A DNA stretch of 64,000 nucleotides from positions 7,009 to 71,008 of the IMG/VR virus record IMGVR_UViG_3300032283_000645; one strand, written 5' to 3'. A program made the translations under genes and the position numbers. This DNA is from a virus. Taxonomy: Duplodnaviria; Caudoviricetes. The stretch's first letter is position 1, and every line of letters starts with the position of its first letter. The notes under the pieces are model-generated. The model was not told where the DNA came from and did no database searches. It saw only the letters and a program-made list of their open reading frames with translations. Below are positions 1 through 9,047 of the stretch, piece after piece.

Positions 1-1
1 G

Positions 2-322
2 CTCTTTGCGAACACTGACGACATTGGGGAGTGCATAACCATCACCCATGCATATACTGATTTACGAACCGACCCACCAAAGCAGGCCGTGAGCCTTGTG
101 GCTGTTCCTTACTCCTATGGACTTGGTCGAAAGATTGAGTGGAAACAAATGCTGGCGGCGCCAGACGATGGGGTCAAAATCTTGCGAGAGAGCATGTATC
201 CACAAATGATTATGAGAGTGCTTACGGAAAAAATAGAAAAAGATGTTCCAAGCGATGCTCTTTATTCAATCGTTGAACAAATGATGGAAAACGGTTTTGA
301 AGTTTTTGAGTTTGAGATTTAA
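2..322 (+). CDS. hypothetical protein, 5'-truncated by window edge
   Basis: The frame of track ORF 89..322 stays open back to base 2 (LFANTDDIGECITITHAYTDLRTDPPKQAV...), so the true start lies upstream of the window. Confidence 0.6.
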   Translation, partial: LFANTDDIGECITITHAYTDLRTDPPKQAVSLVAVPYSYGLGRKIEWKQMLAAPDDGVKILRESMYPQMIMRVLTEKIEKDVPSDALYSIVEQMMENGFEVFEFEI

Positions 323-336
323 TGTAAACTTTTTAT

Positions 337-669
337 ATGGATTATCCACAGCACCCATTTCATAATTCAACAATTAGAGTTGGGAGTGGAACATCCAGTA
401 TTGGAAACATAAAGATATCCACAGCCGATAGACAAAAATGTCCAATCTGTGGACATAAAACCGGAGACTGCACTGGGGACTCTGCACCACCAAAACACAT
501 TGCTGGTTTTAATCAGATTGAGTCATTGAAAGCAACACAATCTTTGCTTGTTGAAGAAGATATTTACGAAGAAAGACAAATAACTCCTTTTAACAAGATT
601 CGAGTAGTTATTCACCACGCAGGGAGTTATATTTCCTTGGACGAGGCCAAGAAATTTGGTCTCCTCTAG
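337..669 (+). CDS. hypothetical protein with CxxC motif (CPICGHKTGDC)
   Basis: 110-aa ORF filling the gap before the RNR. A -10-like TAAACT at 325-330 lies 6 nt before the ATG. Confidence 0.65.
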   Translation: MDYPQHPFHNSTIRVGSGTSSIGNIKISTADRQKCPICGHKTGDCTGDSAPPKHIAGFNQIESLKATQSLLVEEDIYEERQITPFNKIRVVIHHAGSYISLDEAKKFGLL

Positions 670-673
670 GATA

Positions 674-700
674 TTTCACTATTCATTTGTGAAGTAGAAT
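674..700 (+). promoter_or_regulatory. putative promoter/operator upstream of RNR (TTTCACTAT-N6-GTGA-N2-TAGAAT)
   Basis: -10-like TAGAAT at 695-700; same spacing as the site at 14910-14936 (-). Confidence 0.45.
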
Positions 701-741
701 AGATTCTTCTAATCGTGACTACCTAATCTAAAAGGGGCTTT

Positions 742-2667
742 ATGGCTTTTATTGACGACTCTTTCGTTGCTTCCTACTCAACACAAACACCTCCTTGGGG
801 ATTTAGTGGTCTTGGTGAAATCGTTTATTTGAGGACGTATTCCCGCAAAAAGGACAATGGCGATTTGGAGAGCTGGCCAGAAACTCTCCAGCGAGTAATC
901 AATGGAGCAATTGAAGTTGGAGCAAAGTTGTCCCAAGAAGATGCGGAGAAACTCTTTGACCACTGCTTTAATCTTCGTGCTTCTTTTTCGGGTCGTTCGC
1001 TTTGGCAGTTGGGCACCCCACTTGTCAAGAAACTAAATGCAACATCACTCAATAACTGCTACTTCACCAACATTGAAAAGATTGAAGACTTTGAGTTGCT
1101 GTTTGAATACTTGATGCTTGGTGGCGGTGTTGGATTTTCCGTTGAGCGAGCAAAGATTCACGACTTACCAAAAGTTCAAGAAGGCGTAGTCATTACCCAA
1201 GAGCGAAGCAATGATGCAGACATTATTGTCCCAGACTCCCGCCAGGGTTGGAAGCGTTTGCTTCATGCCGTACTTAAGTCATATTTTGAGACTGGCAAGT
1301 CATTTAGTTACTCAACGATTTTGATTCGTGAATTCGGTGCCCCACTAAATACATTTGGCGGAACAGCATCTGGACCCGGCGCTCTAATTGAGGGAATCAA
1401 AGACATCTGTGCAGTACTTGAGAATCGTGTTGGAAAGAAACTTCGTTCAATTGATGTTCTTGACATCTGCAACATCATTGGTCGAATTGTTGTATCTGGT
1501 TCATCACGCCGTTCAGCACAGATTGCAATGGGCGACCCAGACGATGTGTTGTTCCTTCGTGCAAAGAACTGGGGTTCAGGAAATGTTCCAGCATGGAGAG
1601 CAAACTCAAACAACAGTATCTATGCAGACTATTACGAGGAGATTCAGCCAGAACTCTGGAAGGGTTATGACGGAACCGGAGAGCCTTACGGTTTGTTGAA
1701 TCGCCGCCTTGCTCGACGCTTTGGTCGCACCGGAGAAGTGAAGGTTGATAATTCAATTGAGGGTTTTAACCCATGTGCGGAAATCGCACTTGCTGATGGC
1801 GAATCCTGCAACCTTGCAACATTGTTTTTACCCAACATTGATTCTTATGAACAATTTGTAGAGATTTCAACTCTTCTCTACAAGGTGCAAAAGCAAATCA
1901 CTCAGATGTCGTATCCATACGAAAAGACAACGAACATTGTTCGCAAGAATGCTCGCTTGGGGCAATCCATAACTGGAATCCTGCAGTGTGACAGCGAAAA
2001 GTTGACATGGCTGTCGGATGGCTATCAGGCTCTCGTTGACTACGATGCAAAATTCTCAAAAGAGAATGGATTGCCGACATCTGTAAGACTGACCACCGTT
2101 CAGCCTTCGGGAACATTGTCTCTTCTCCCAGGTGTAACTCCTGGAATTCACCCTGCATATGCCAAGTACTACATCAGGCGTGTTCGTTTTGGTTCTTCTG
2201 ACCCACTTGTTGAAGCATGTCGCAAGCGTGGATACAAAGTCCAGTGGGACATGGGTCTTGATGGTAGAGAAGACCACACAAGATACGTTGTTGACTTCCC
2301 TTGCGAATCACCAGAGGGTTCTGTCCTTGCGAAAGACATGACTGCTGTACAGCAATTGGAGTGGGTGAAGAAGATGCAGACCGAATGGGCGGATAATGCT
2401 GTTTCGGTTACCGTCTATTACAGAAAAGAAGAACTTCCAGCGATTCAAGAGTGGCTCTCAAAGAACTACGACAAGAGCGTGAAGTCTGTTTCGTTCCTTC
2501 TTCACACTGACCACAACTTCGTGCTTCCTCCATACGAGGAAATCACCGAAGCTGACTACAGGAAGTCTGCGGCCAAGATTGATGCAACCATTCCGATGGT
2601 TCAGCGTTCATTCGATGGCGACTTGGATTTGGATAACTGCGCAACTGGTGCTTGCCCAATTAAATAG
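742..2667 (+). CDS. nrdJ: class II (adenosylcobalamin-dependent) ribonucleotide reductase, monomeric RTPR type
   Basis: Thiyl-radical motif GFNPCAEI, TTVQPSGTLS, GSSRRSAQIA, C-terminal redox pair CATGACP; 641 aa; no beta-subunit gene adjacent. Confidence 0.93.
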   Translation: MAFIDDSFVASYSTQTPPWGFSGLGEIVYLRTYSRKKDNGDLESWPETLQRVINGAIEVGAKLSQEDAEKLFDHCFNLRASFSGRSLWQLGTPLVKKLNATSLNNCYFTNIEKIEDFELLFEYLMLGGGVGFSVERAKIHDLPKVQEGVVITQERSNDADIIVPDSRQGWKRLLHAVLKSYFETGKSFSYSTILIREFGAPLNTFGGTASGPGALIEGIKDICAVLENRVGKKLRSIDVLDICNIIGRIVVSGSSRRSAQIAMGDPDDVLFLRAKNWGSGNVPAWRANSNNSIYADYYEEIQPELWKGYDGTGEPYGLLNRRLARRFGRTGEVKVDNSIEGFNPCAEIALADGESCNLATLFLPNIDSYEQFVEISTLLYKVQKQITQMSYPYEKTTNIVRKNARLGQSITGILQCDSEKLTWLSDGYQALVDYDAKFSKENGLPTSVRLTTVQPSGTLSLLPGVTPGIHPAYAKYYIRRVRFGSSDPLVEACRKRGYKVQWDMGLDGREDHTRYVVDFPCESPEGSVLAKDMTAVQQLEWVKKMQTEWADNAVSVTVYYRKEELPAIQEWLSKNYDKSVKSVSFLLHTDHNFVLPPYEEITEADYRKSAAKIDATIPMVQRSFDGDLDLDNCATGACPIK

Positions 2668-3025
2668 TTGAGCCACCCATTGTTGTTCGCACTACCCCTT
2701 CGGGGATAACGGCAAATCTGCATTTTCCTTCAGGCTCAACAGTCTGGAGGATGATGCGGCATTGCCCTTCCCCCATGTATAGGACGCAATTTGCGCATTT
2801 AACGCCAATGCCTTTTACTTTGTTTTCTGCTGGTGGATAGTAGCCGGCCCAAATTCCGTCGCCGTCTTCATCAAATTTTCCATACTTGTTGGCAATGAGA
2901 ACAAGTGATTCAGCAAGTTCTTGTTCTTCTGGAATGAGAATATTTTTCTGTGGTTCTACTTCATTAACAATTCTTACTGGAGCGCCAGACATGAGTAGTT
3001 CATATGCTGATTTTTCTTTTGACAT
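2660..3025 (-). CDS. HiPIP-like 4-Cys small protein
   Basis: CANC-x8-C-x6-V-x3-GKC, close to the HiPIP [4Fe-4S] ligand pattern. Confidence 0.55.
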   Translation of the reverse strand: MSKEKSAYELLMSGAPVRIVNEVEPQKNILIPEEQELAESLVLIANKYGKFDEDGDGIWAGYYPPAENKVKGIGVKCANCVLYMGEGQCRIILQTVEPEGKCRFAVIPEGVVRTTMGGSTI

Positions 3026-3432
3026 TATTTAGTTTCCTTTTTGAACTCTGCCCAAGTCTTATCGCCGACACCGTAATACTCACGTGCATATCCGGATTGG
3101 ATGATGTCTTTGTTTAAACATGCTGTTGCTGGGTCATCTACTTCGTCCGAACTGTAGATTCGTGCAAGAACACGACCGTACTTGTCGTTCTTGTCTGGAA
3201 TTGTGTTCACAAAAACCCACTGGTGGTTTGTTAGCCAGTCTTTTGTAAAAGATTTAGCTTTAAGACCCAATTCTTTTTCAGCGAGGTCTTTTGTTCTTGA
3301 CTCTGGGGTATTAACTCCGTAGAGCCGAACACGAATTTTGTGATGGATACTAAATCCGAGGTCAATCATTAGGTCAATGGTGTCACCATCAACGACATTT
3401 AAAACAGTTGCTCCATACCAGAATCTTTGCAT
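3025..3432 (-). CDS. thermonuclease (staphylococcal nuclease-like, SNc)
   Basis: VVDGDTI, RVRLYGVNTPE, DKYGRVLA and LNKDIIQSGYAR motifs. Confidence 0.9.
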   Translation of the reverse strand: MQRFWYGATVLNVVDGDTIDLMIDLGFSIHHKIRVRLYGVNTPESRTKDLAEKELGLKAKSFTKDWLTNHQWVFVNTIPDKNDKYGRVLARIYSSDEVDDPATACLNKDIIQSGYAREYYGVGDKTWAEFKKETK

Positions 3433-3454
3433 TTAGTAATTATCCCACATAATA

Positions 3455-3492
3455 CAAAAACCCCGCCCCAACCTTTCGGCCAGAGCGGGGTT
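3455..3492 (-). terminator. Rho-independent terminator after major capsid gene
   Basis: Minus strand AACCCCGCTCTGGCC-GAAA-GGTTGGGGCGGGGTT followed by TTTGT, about 20 nt after the MCP stop. Confidence 0.85.
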
Positions 3493-3510
3493 CTTGTTAC
3501 TTGCGGCTAA

Positions 3511-4818
3511 TTATGCGCTTGGTGCTGCGTCAAAGTTTACCTTGACGAAGGACTCTGGACGCTTGACAGCAAGGGCGAGACGCTGCTCGGCCAAGATGAC
3601 AATCGCATTGCGGATAAAGAAGTCTGCATGCTGTTCCGAGATGCGGATGCTTGCTTGTTCACGGTCGTAGAGCTGTGCGCCCTGACCAAATGAACCAACA
3701 AGTGCAACACCCTCGGTCATTGCTGGAGTTTCAACGATTGGCAGACGCCATACCTTTGGCTCGCCACCCATTGCAACCGAAACTGCGATGAGGTACTGGC
3801 CATTGCCGTCCTTGGTCAATTCGATGTCTTCCCAATCGTTTGGATGCATTACAACACCCGATGGCTCGTAGTAAGCCAAGAACGAAAGAGTTGCAGCACG
3901 ACGGATTGCATCAGCCTTGGTGTCGCTCATACCAGCAGTTGCTGAATAAGCACCATCAGACCAGTCGTAGGTCTGAATGCCTGATGTCTGAAGAATACCG
4001 GTGAGGTTTTCGCCAGAGCCATCGCCATTGAGGATTTGAGCATCTTCCTGAAGACGGAGACCGTACATCAGTTCGTTGTCAATGATTGAGCGTAGTTGTG
4101 GCTCATCAGCAAGAACGTTTCTGTGTGCTGCTTCCCAGTGTGCAAGGGTCTTGACCGAAGTCTGTACACCCTCAAACGACATGCTTGACTGTGGCTTAAC
4201 ACCGAATGTTGCTGAAGCTGTGCGCTCTGCAACTGCTGCGGCATTGTTCGTGAAACCAGTCATGCGGAAGTATTCAATGATTGCTGCAGTCGTGGTACGA
4301 ACTGGGAACAAGTCACGAACTCTCTTCGTGCGCTTTGGCTGAATGACGATTGGGTCACGCTGTACGGTACCGAACTGAGTTGGGAAACCGCTTGGCATTG
4401 ATGTGAATACGTCCTTCACGTTGTAGCTGTTGGTGAGGCTTGAGCCGTACTGGAAAGGTGCTGGCATGTTTGCGCCATTCTTTCCACCATTGAGCGACTT
4501 GAATTCAGCTGAAGCAAGGAATGCTTCACCGATTGATTCAAGCTGACGGGTTGGGATTGCGTAGCCGGCAGCAGCTGCAGCAGCAACTGATTGACCACTT
4601 GCTTCCGAGCCCCACTCCTTAACGGAGTTCATGGCTTCCATGCCATCAATCAAGGACTTGATTTCCTTGATGTCAGTCATGTTCTTGTCAAATGCAGACT
4701 TTTGCTTTGCATCAACAATTACGGTGCCGTTTTCGATTTTGAACGAATCGGCGATTGCTTTGTTTTCCGCCATTTTAGTGCGGAGAGCTCCTTGGAGCTC
4801 CTTCAGATTTTCTGACAT
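3511..4818 (-). CDS. major capsid protein, HK97 fold, with N-terminal coiled-coil delta domain
   Basis: RVRDLFPV, TLAHW..AHRNVLADEPQLRSIID, LNGDGSGENLTGI, VMHPNDW, EQHADFFIRNAIVILAEQRLALAVKRPESFV. Confidence 0.95.
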   Translation of the reverse strand: MSENLKELQGALRTKMAENKAIADSFKIENGTVIVDAKQKSAFDKNMTDIKEIKSLIDGMEAMNSVKEWGSEASGQSVAAAAAAGYAIPTRQLESIGEAFLASAEFKSLNGGKNGANMPAPFQYGSSLTNSYNVKDVFTSMPSGFPTQFGTVQRDPIVIQPKRTKRVRDLFPVRTTTAAIIEYFRMTGFTNNAAAVAERTASATFGVKPQSSMSFEGVQTSVKTLAHWEAAHRNVLADEPQLRSIIDNELMYGLRLQEDAQILNGDGSGENLTGILQTSGIQTYDWSDGAYSATAGMSDTKADAIRRAATLSFLAYYEPSGVVMHPNDWEDIELTKDGNGQYLIAVSVAMGGEPKVWRLPIVETPAMTEGVALVGSFGQGAQLYDREQASIRISEQHADFFIRNAIVILAEQRLALAVKRPESFVKVNFDAAPSA

Positions 4819-4891
4819 GATTTTCCTTTGTTATTTTTGTAAGGTGAATTATTGAGGTCAGCTCAGGTAAGCACCCAACCGATACCTATCA

Positions 4892-4926
4892 AAAATAGCA
4901 GAGGTTTTCTATTAGTTAGGGGAACT
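4892..4926 (-). promoter_or_regulatory. 21-bp-spacer promoter motif upstream of MCP (AG-TTCCCC-N21-TATTTT)
   Basis: Weakest member of the eight-site motif family (see findings). Confidence 0.4.
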
Positions 4927-4940
4927 AGTAATAAATACAG

Positions 4941-5564
4941 TTATTTTAGTTTGCGTCTTTTTAATTCGTCGTTAACTATGGTTCTAACACCACGACGCAT
5001 TTCTGCTTGTTGTCCTCGTCTACCAAGTGCAGTTGTGCCTGCTAAACGGGCGTAATCACTCATGTTTGTGCATGGTGTCCATACTGTCCGACCATTTTTA
5101 GAGGTTCTTCTTGAGATTCCAATGCATCCCAACTGCCTGGACCTGTTTCTGGCAGATTCTGGCTCCATGAAGACATCTGGGTCATTGTCTCTTGGTGCTG
5201 AAATAGGAATCGCCTTACCCCTGATTCCATAAAGACCCCCACCATGGAGCGTCCCAATTCCAGAAAGCGGTTTTTCGTTTAACTTTTCGTTCTTTTTTCT
5301 TTTTGGCTTTCGTTTTTCGCCACGCTTTGATGCCTCAACCAGAGCAGACTTGCCACTGGCGCGAACATCTCGCCTCCGAAGCGAAGAAAGACTATTGGAG
5401 CCATACCACGAATCGCTTTCCGCTGCATCAGAGAGTCGTTCCATCTCTTCCATGCTCTTACATGGGTGCCACTTGCCATTTGCATCTTGATGCGCACCAG
5501 AGCAACCAATAATGATTGCCATTCTCAAGGCATAAGCCTGCTCCTGCTTGTCTTTACTTACCAT
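4941..5564 (-). CDS. head-module protein with two GC-x-G...W-x-PC repeats (DUF3721-like)
   Basis: GCSGAHQDANGKWHPC and GCIGISRRTSKNGRTVWTPC. Confidence 0.6.
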   Translation of the reverse strand: MVSKDKQEQAYALRMAIIIGCSGAHQDANGKWHPCKSMEEMERLSDAAESDSWYGSNSLSSLRRRDVRASGKSALVEASKRGEKRKPKRKKNEKLNEKPLSGIGTLHGGGLYGIRGKAIPISAPRDNDPDVFMEPESARNRSRQLGCIGISRRTSKNGRTVWTPCTNMSDYARLAGTTALGRRGQQAEMRRGVRTIVNDELKRRKLK

Positions 5565-6054
5565 TTGTTTGCTCCATTATCAATGAATCAAGGTAGAGAC
5601 CTTGGAAAAGTCTTTTTTGCTTTACTGCCAAAACTGGATAGACCATTGTCTCGGATTTAATTCCTCGTCGACGTCGCCTTTTTCTGCGAAGTTTATTTCG
5701 CACAACCCCAAATATGAATTCACCTGGGTATTTGACTTCAATTTCCTTTTCCAAAAGAGACTTCGCTCTTCTTTCTAGTCTTCTGTTACTAGAACCGACA
5801 ATTGAATTCTCGTTATCAATCCCAAATGCTTCAAGAAATTTATTCAGCACTTCTGGGTCAGCGCTTTTCTTCTCGGTAATCATCATTCCGAACGGAGCAG
5901 CGGTTTTGGTTGCCGATAAGTTCGCCGAGGCGGCCCACTTCTTTGAATGCTTATTGATGCCGTATACCTTTTCGCTTTTACCATCGCTAAATACGATTGC
6001 ATATGGTTCATTTCTTGCAACATCAATAACTAGGGAATAAAGCATTTTATCCAC
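5554..6054 (-). CDS. hypothetical head-module protein with Arg/Lys-rich C-terminus
   Basis: 166-aa ORF overlapping both neighbours in the same operon. Confidence 0.7.
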   Translation of the reverse strand: MDKMLYSLVIDVARNEPYAIVFSDGKSEKVYGINKHSKKWAASANLSATKTAAPFGMMITEKKSADPEVLNKFLEAFGIDNENSIVGSSNRRLERRAKSLLEKEIEVKYPGEFIFGVVRNKLRRKRRRRRGIKSETMVYPVLAVKQKRLFQGLYLDSLIMEQTNGK

Positions 6055-8047
6055 TTAATCCATCACGAATCAATTGTCCAGAATTTGATAACTGTTCTAC
6101 TCTTTGTTGGAAAAGTTTTCCAAGAATTTCAATATGGATTTTTTCACCTTCAGACAATTTGCCTTCACTTGAAAGCCTGCTCCTGTATTGCGAAATGCTG
6201 AATTTTCTTGCTCGTGAAAGAAGTTGAGCGATAAATCTGCGCATTTGTGCTTGCTGGTCGGCGCGTAATTCTCTGTAGTATTTTGAATACTCAGACATCA
6301 ATGCTGAACCAAGTAGTTCGTCCACTTTCATTTTCTGTCGCTTTGAAATGGCAATTTTGTCAAGTGCCATCAATCCTCCAGAAACATTAGTTACAGCCAT
6401 TGGAACAACCCTGTCGCCCCTTCTGAGTGCAACAACCGAATCACTTGTTCTAATTCTTTGGTCTGTTACGAGGTCTGAAACAAGAAGTTTGGAAACATCT
6501 TCTGGAGAGAAATCTTTCCAAGTTGCATTTCTGTCAAGTGAAGAACCAAGAATTGCACTTTGTGCATCTTCTCTTAGGTATTTTCTATTGTCGCCATTTC
6601 CAACCAACAAAACGTCTGGAGATTCAAGTCCAAGAAACTGCTGAACATCTTCGGAAAATCTTTCAGACAATGCTTCGTACTTTGATGGTCGTTTGTTGTA
6701 GATATATTTTCTGGAACCAAGTTCAATCATTGATGCATTAGCAGAAAGTCTTGTTTCTCTCGTGACTCCATTGCTTGCAAGAACTTTTGCCAAAATTGCT
6801 GGGCTTACATCAGATAGATTTCCACCGTTATTGATGTGTGCAATCGCTTCGTCAACAGAATTAATCTTTCCCTTGATTCCAGCAAAGGTTTCGGTTTCTC
6901 TGGTGGAAAGATTTGATGTTCCGATTGGCTTCATTCGATTACGCTTGCCACCAAAGGTTTCCTCTACCCACTTCTCCCTATTTTTCCCGCCTCTAAAAAT
7001 CATCTGGTGTGGGTTCTTTATTCTCGGAAAGTCTTCGGAGTATCTAATCCCGTCACCGGTTTCGTTGGCAACATACTTAAGTCGTGCAGTCGGGTCTGTT
7101 GAAATATCAATGGAATTAGCAGTATTTACCGTTCTTCCAAGCTTTCTTCTTTCACCAACTGTAAGTTCTCTAACCTTTTGAAGCGAGAATGTATTACCAC
7201 CAGGTGTCACATAAAGTAATTGATTTACACCAGTATTTGAGAGCAATCCAAGTTCTTCTCTACCGAACTCGGTTTGTCCAAGTGCAGACTGGATATATGT
7301 TGCACCTTCCATATCCCTGTTGTCTGGGATTGCTCGCAAAACAGATGGAGGCACAACTGGTTGCAATACAAAACCATCACGTCTTACAAGTCTTGCATTC
7401 CGTGTGTCAACACCACCCAACTGTCTAACCATCTCTGCAACGCCTTTTGCACGAGAGGCATTATTAGCGGTTGATACTTTTGGAATCTGAATATTTGGTG
7501 CACGACTGATTACTGGGCTGTCAATGTATTCACCAGCTCCCAAAACTTGTCCAGATGCAGGCTTGCCTTTGGGACCCCTTGAAGCACGAGCCAAAGCACC
7601 TAATGCAAGACCAAGTGGACTAGGAATATCAAATAATTTTGCACCACATGTTGAGAGTCGTGAGTCAGTGAATCGACCGCCGTACTGGTAACCCTCGGGG
7701 CACCTATATCCACGATTCTGACCAGGCTTAGAACCACCAACTCCCGGTTTACCTGGGGTGATTGTTCTGTAAACAGCAGAACGAACTGGTGAGCGAATTG
7801 GGTCAGAGTCTCCTGGGATAGCAAGACTAAGTAGTGTGTGTCCAAGGCGCTTAACTTGAATGTCTTTTGATTTTCTGCTAAAACCAGTAACAACGGAAAT
7901 GGCTTTGAATTCCCGAATTTCTGCTTTATTGAGAGTTTTGGTACGGAGGATGTTGTTCGGAACAGAACCAGTGTCCTGTTTAAGGATTACACGGGTTCTT
8001 TTTACTTCTCCACTAGAACGATTCGTCATCTTTGTCAAGCAACCCAT
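6047..8047 (-). CDS. head-module protein with RCP..FTD..C motif and C-terminal HipA/PI3K-like (pseudo)kinase domain
   Basis: ALSERFSEDVQQFLGLESPDVLLV and LVSDLVTDQRIRTSDSVV follow the HipA-like layout, but the catalytic Asp positions are substituted. Start may be 8029. Confidence 0.55.
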   Translation of the reverse strand: MGCLTKMTNRSSGEVKRTRVILKQDTGSVPNNILRTKTLNKAEIREFKAISVVTGFSRKSKDIQVKRLGHTLLSLAIPGDSDPIRSPVRSAVYRTITPGKPGVGGSKPGQNRGYRCPEGYQYGGRFTDSRLSTCGAKLFDIPSPLGLALGALARASRGPKGKPASGQVLGAGEYIDSPVISRAPNIQIPKVSTANNASRAKGVAEMVRQLGGVDTRNARLVRRDGFVLQPVVPPSVLRAIPDNRDMEGATYIQSALGQTEFGREELGLLSNTGVNQLLYVTPGGNTFSLQKVRELTVGERRKLGRTVNTANSIDISTDPTARLKYVANETGDGIRYSEDFPRIKNPHQMIFRGGKNREKWVEETFGGKRNRMKPIGTSNLSTRETETFAGIKGKINSVDEAIAHINNGGNLSDVSPAILAKVLASNGVTRETRLSANASMIELGSRKYIYNKRPSKYEALSERFSEDVQQFLGLESPDVLLVGNGDNRKYLREDAQSAILGSSLDRNATWKDFSPEDVSKLLVSDLVTDQRIRTSDSVVALRRGDRVVPMAVTNVSGGLMALDKIAISKRQKMKVDELLGSALMSEYSKYYRELRADQQAQMRRFIAQLLSRARKFSISQYRSRLSSEGKLSEGEKIHIEILGKLFQQRVEQLSNSGQLIRDGLSG

Positions 8048-8648
8048 CTAGACCACCGCAGCAGTCATTGTCGTATGAGATAGAGAATGGAACGGATTTT
8101 TCACCCATGCCTGAAATATCGTCGCCAACAATCTCCCAGTTATCGTGGTTTCGTACATACTCGCTGAAGTCAGGTTCCGACTCAACAAAATCTTTCAATG
8201 CTTTTGCGGCCATTCTGTAGTCATCACCGGTTACGATGCTGTCTTCCTCTAATGGCATGCCCTTAAACTCAGCAAAGAAAATATCATCTGACTTTTTCTT
8301 GGAAAGACGACGAGCAAAGTCTGCATCACTCCAATTTTTTAGTTTTTTGAGTTTTCCTTTGCAGTTCTTCATGCCTGGGTGATGGCATCCTTCGTTTGGC
8401 CACAAGCCAGTTGTCTCATGGTGAAGCCACGCACAGATTCTTTCAAGTGGGTAAAGTTCTGGGTGATTTGCAAGAATTACTCGACAGCGACGGAAGCCAC
8501 CTTCTTTGCGCATAATCGGTCGCCAGTAGCGCAAAAGACGCTCAAGATTTCCCCTTCGTGGACCGTATCCACGGGTTCGTGCTGTGACAATTTCCTGTGG
8601 AACGAGTCCACCGAGAGGACCGCCAGCCTTAATTTCAAAATCAGACAT
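8013..8648 (-). CDS. hypothetical head-module protein with Cys/His domain (GGFRRC...ICAWLHHETTGLWP)
   Basis: 211-aa ORF; the motif resembles a small domain I recall from actinophage head-region proteins. Confidence 0.65.
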   Translation of the reverse strand: MSDFEIKAGGPLGGLVPQEIVTARTRGYGPRRGNLERLLRYWRPIMRKEGGFRRCRVILANHPELYPLERICAWLHHETTGLWPNEGCHHPGMKNCKGKLKKLKNWSDADFARRLSKKKSDDIFFAEFKGMPLEEDSIVTGDDYRMAAKALKDFVESEPDFSEYVRNHDNWEIVGDDISGMGEKSVPFSISYDNDCCGGLDGLLDKDDESF

Positions 8649-9047
8649 TTATGGCCTCTCGTTCATTTGCATCATTAATATTGCCACCTTTGTCTGCATT
8701 TCCATTGCACCACTTGAATTCTTCGGCTTTGGTGCTCCAACTTGGATGGTCTGAATTGGCGTATCCCCCAACATCTCTTTGCTGAATGGAACTTTCCTGT
8801 TGACGAAAATGTCAACCCAGGCACCATCATCTTCTTCCTCGTTTTGACTCCAAAGTGCTTGCTGGAACTCATTTTCCTGCAACTGCTCAAGACCTCTAGC
8901 AGAACCCACCCAAGTCCAAAATGGGACTAGGTATTTTTTACCAGTCTTAGTAACAACCAATCCAGTTTCCTCTTTTGGGATGTTTTCGTCAACAGCAAAA
9001 TAAACCGATTCACCAGAACTAGTTCTTCCAACAAGTATGCAGTTCAC
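8649..9047 (-). CDS. hypothetical protein
   Basis: 132-aa ORF abutting both neighbours. Confidence 0.65.
   Translation of the reverse strand: MNCILVGRTSSGESVYFAVDENIPKEETGLVVTKTGKKYLVPFWTWVGSARGLEQLQENEFQQALWSQNEEEDDGAWVDIFVNRKVPFSKEMLGDTPIQTIQVGAPKPKNSSGAMEMQTKVAILMMQMNERP

Noticed and set aside
670-741. NrdR box or cobalamin riboswitch upstream of nrdJ
   Set aside because: The CAC..GTG arms are separated by 9 nt and lack the central ATATAT of the NrdR consensus; 72 nt is too short for a cobalamin riboswitch.
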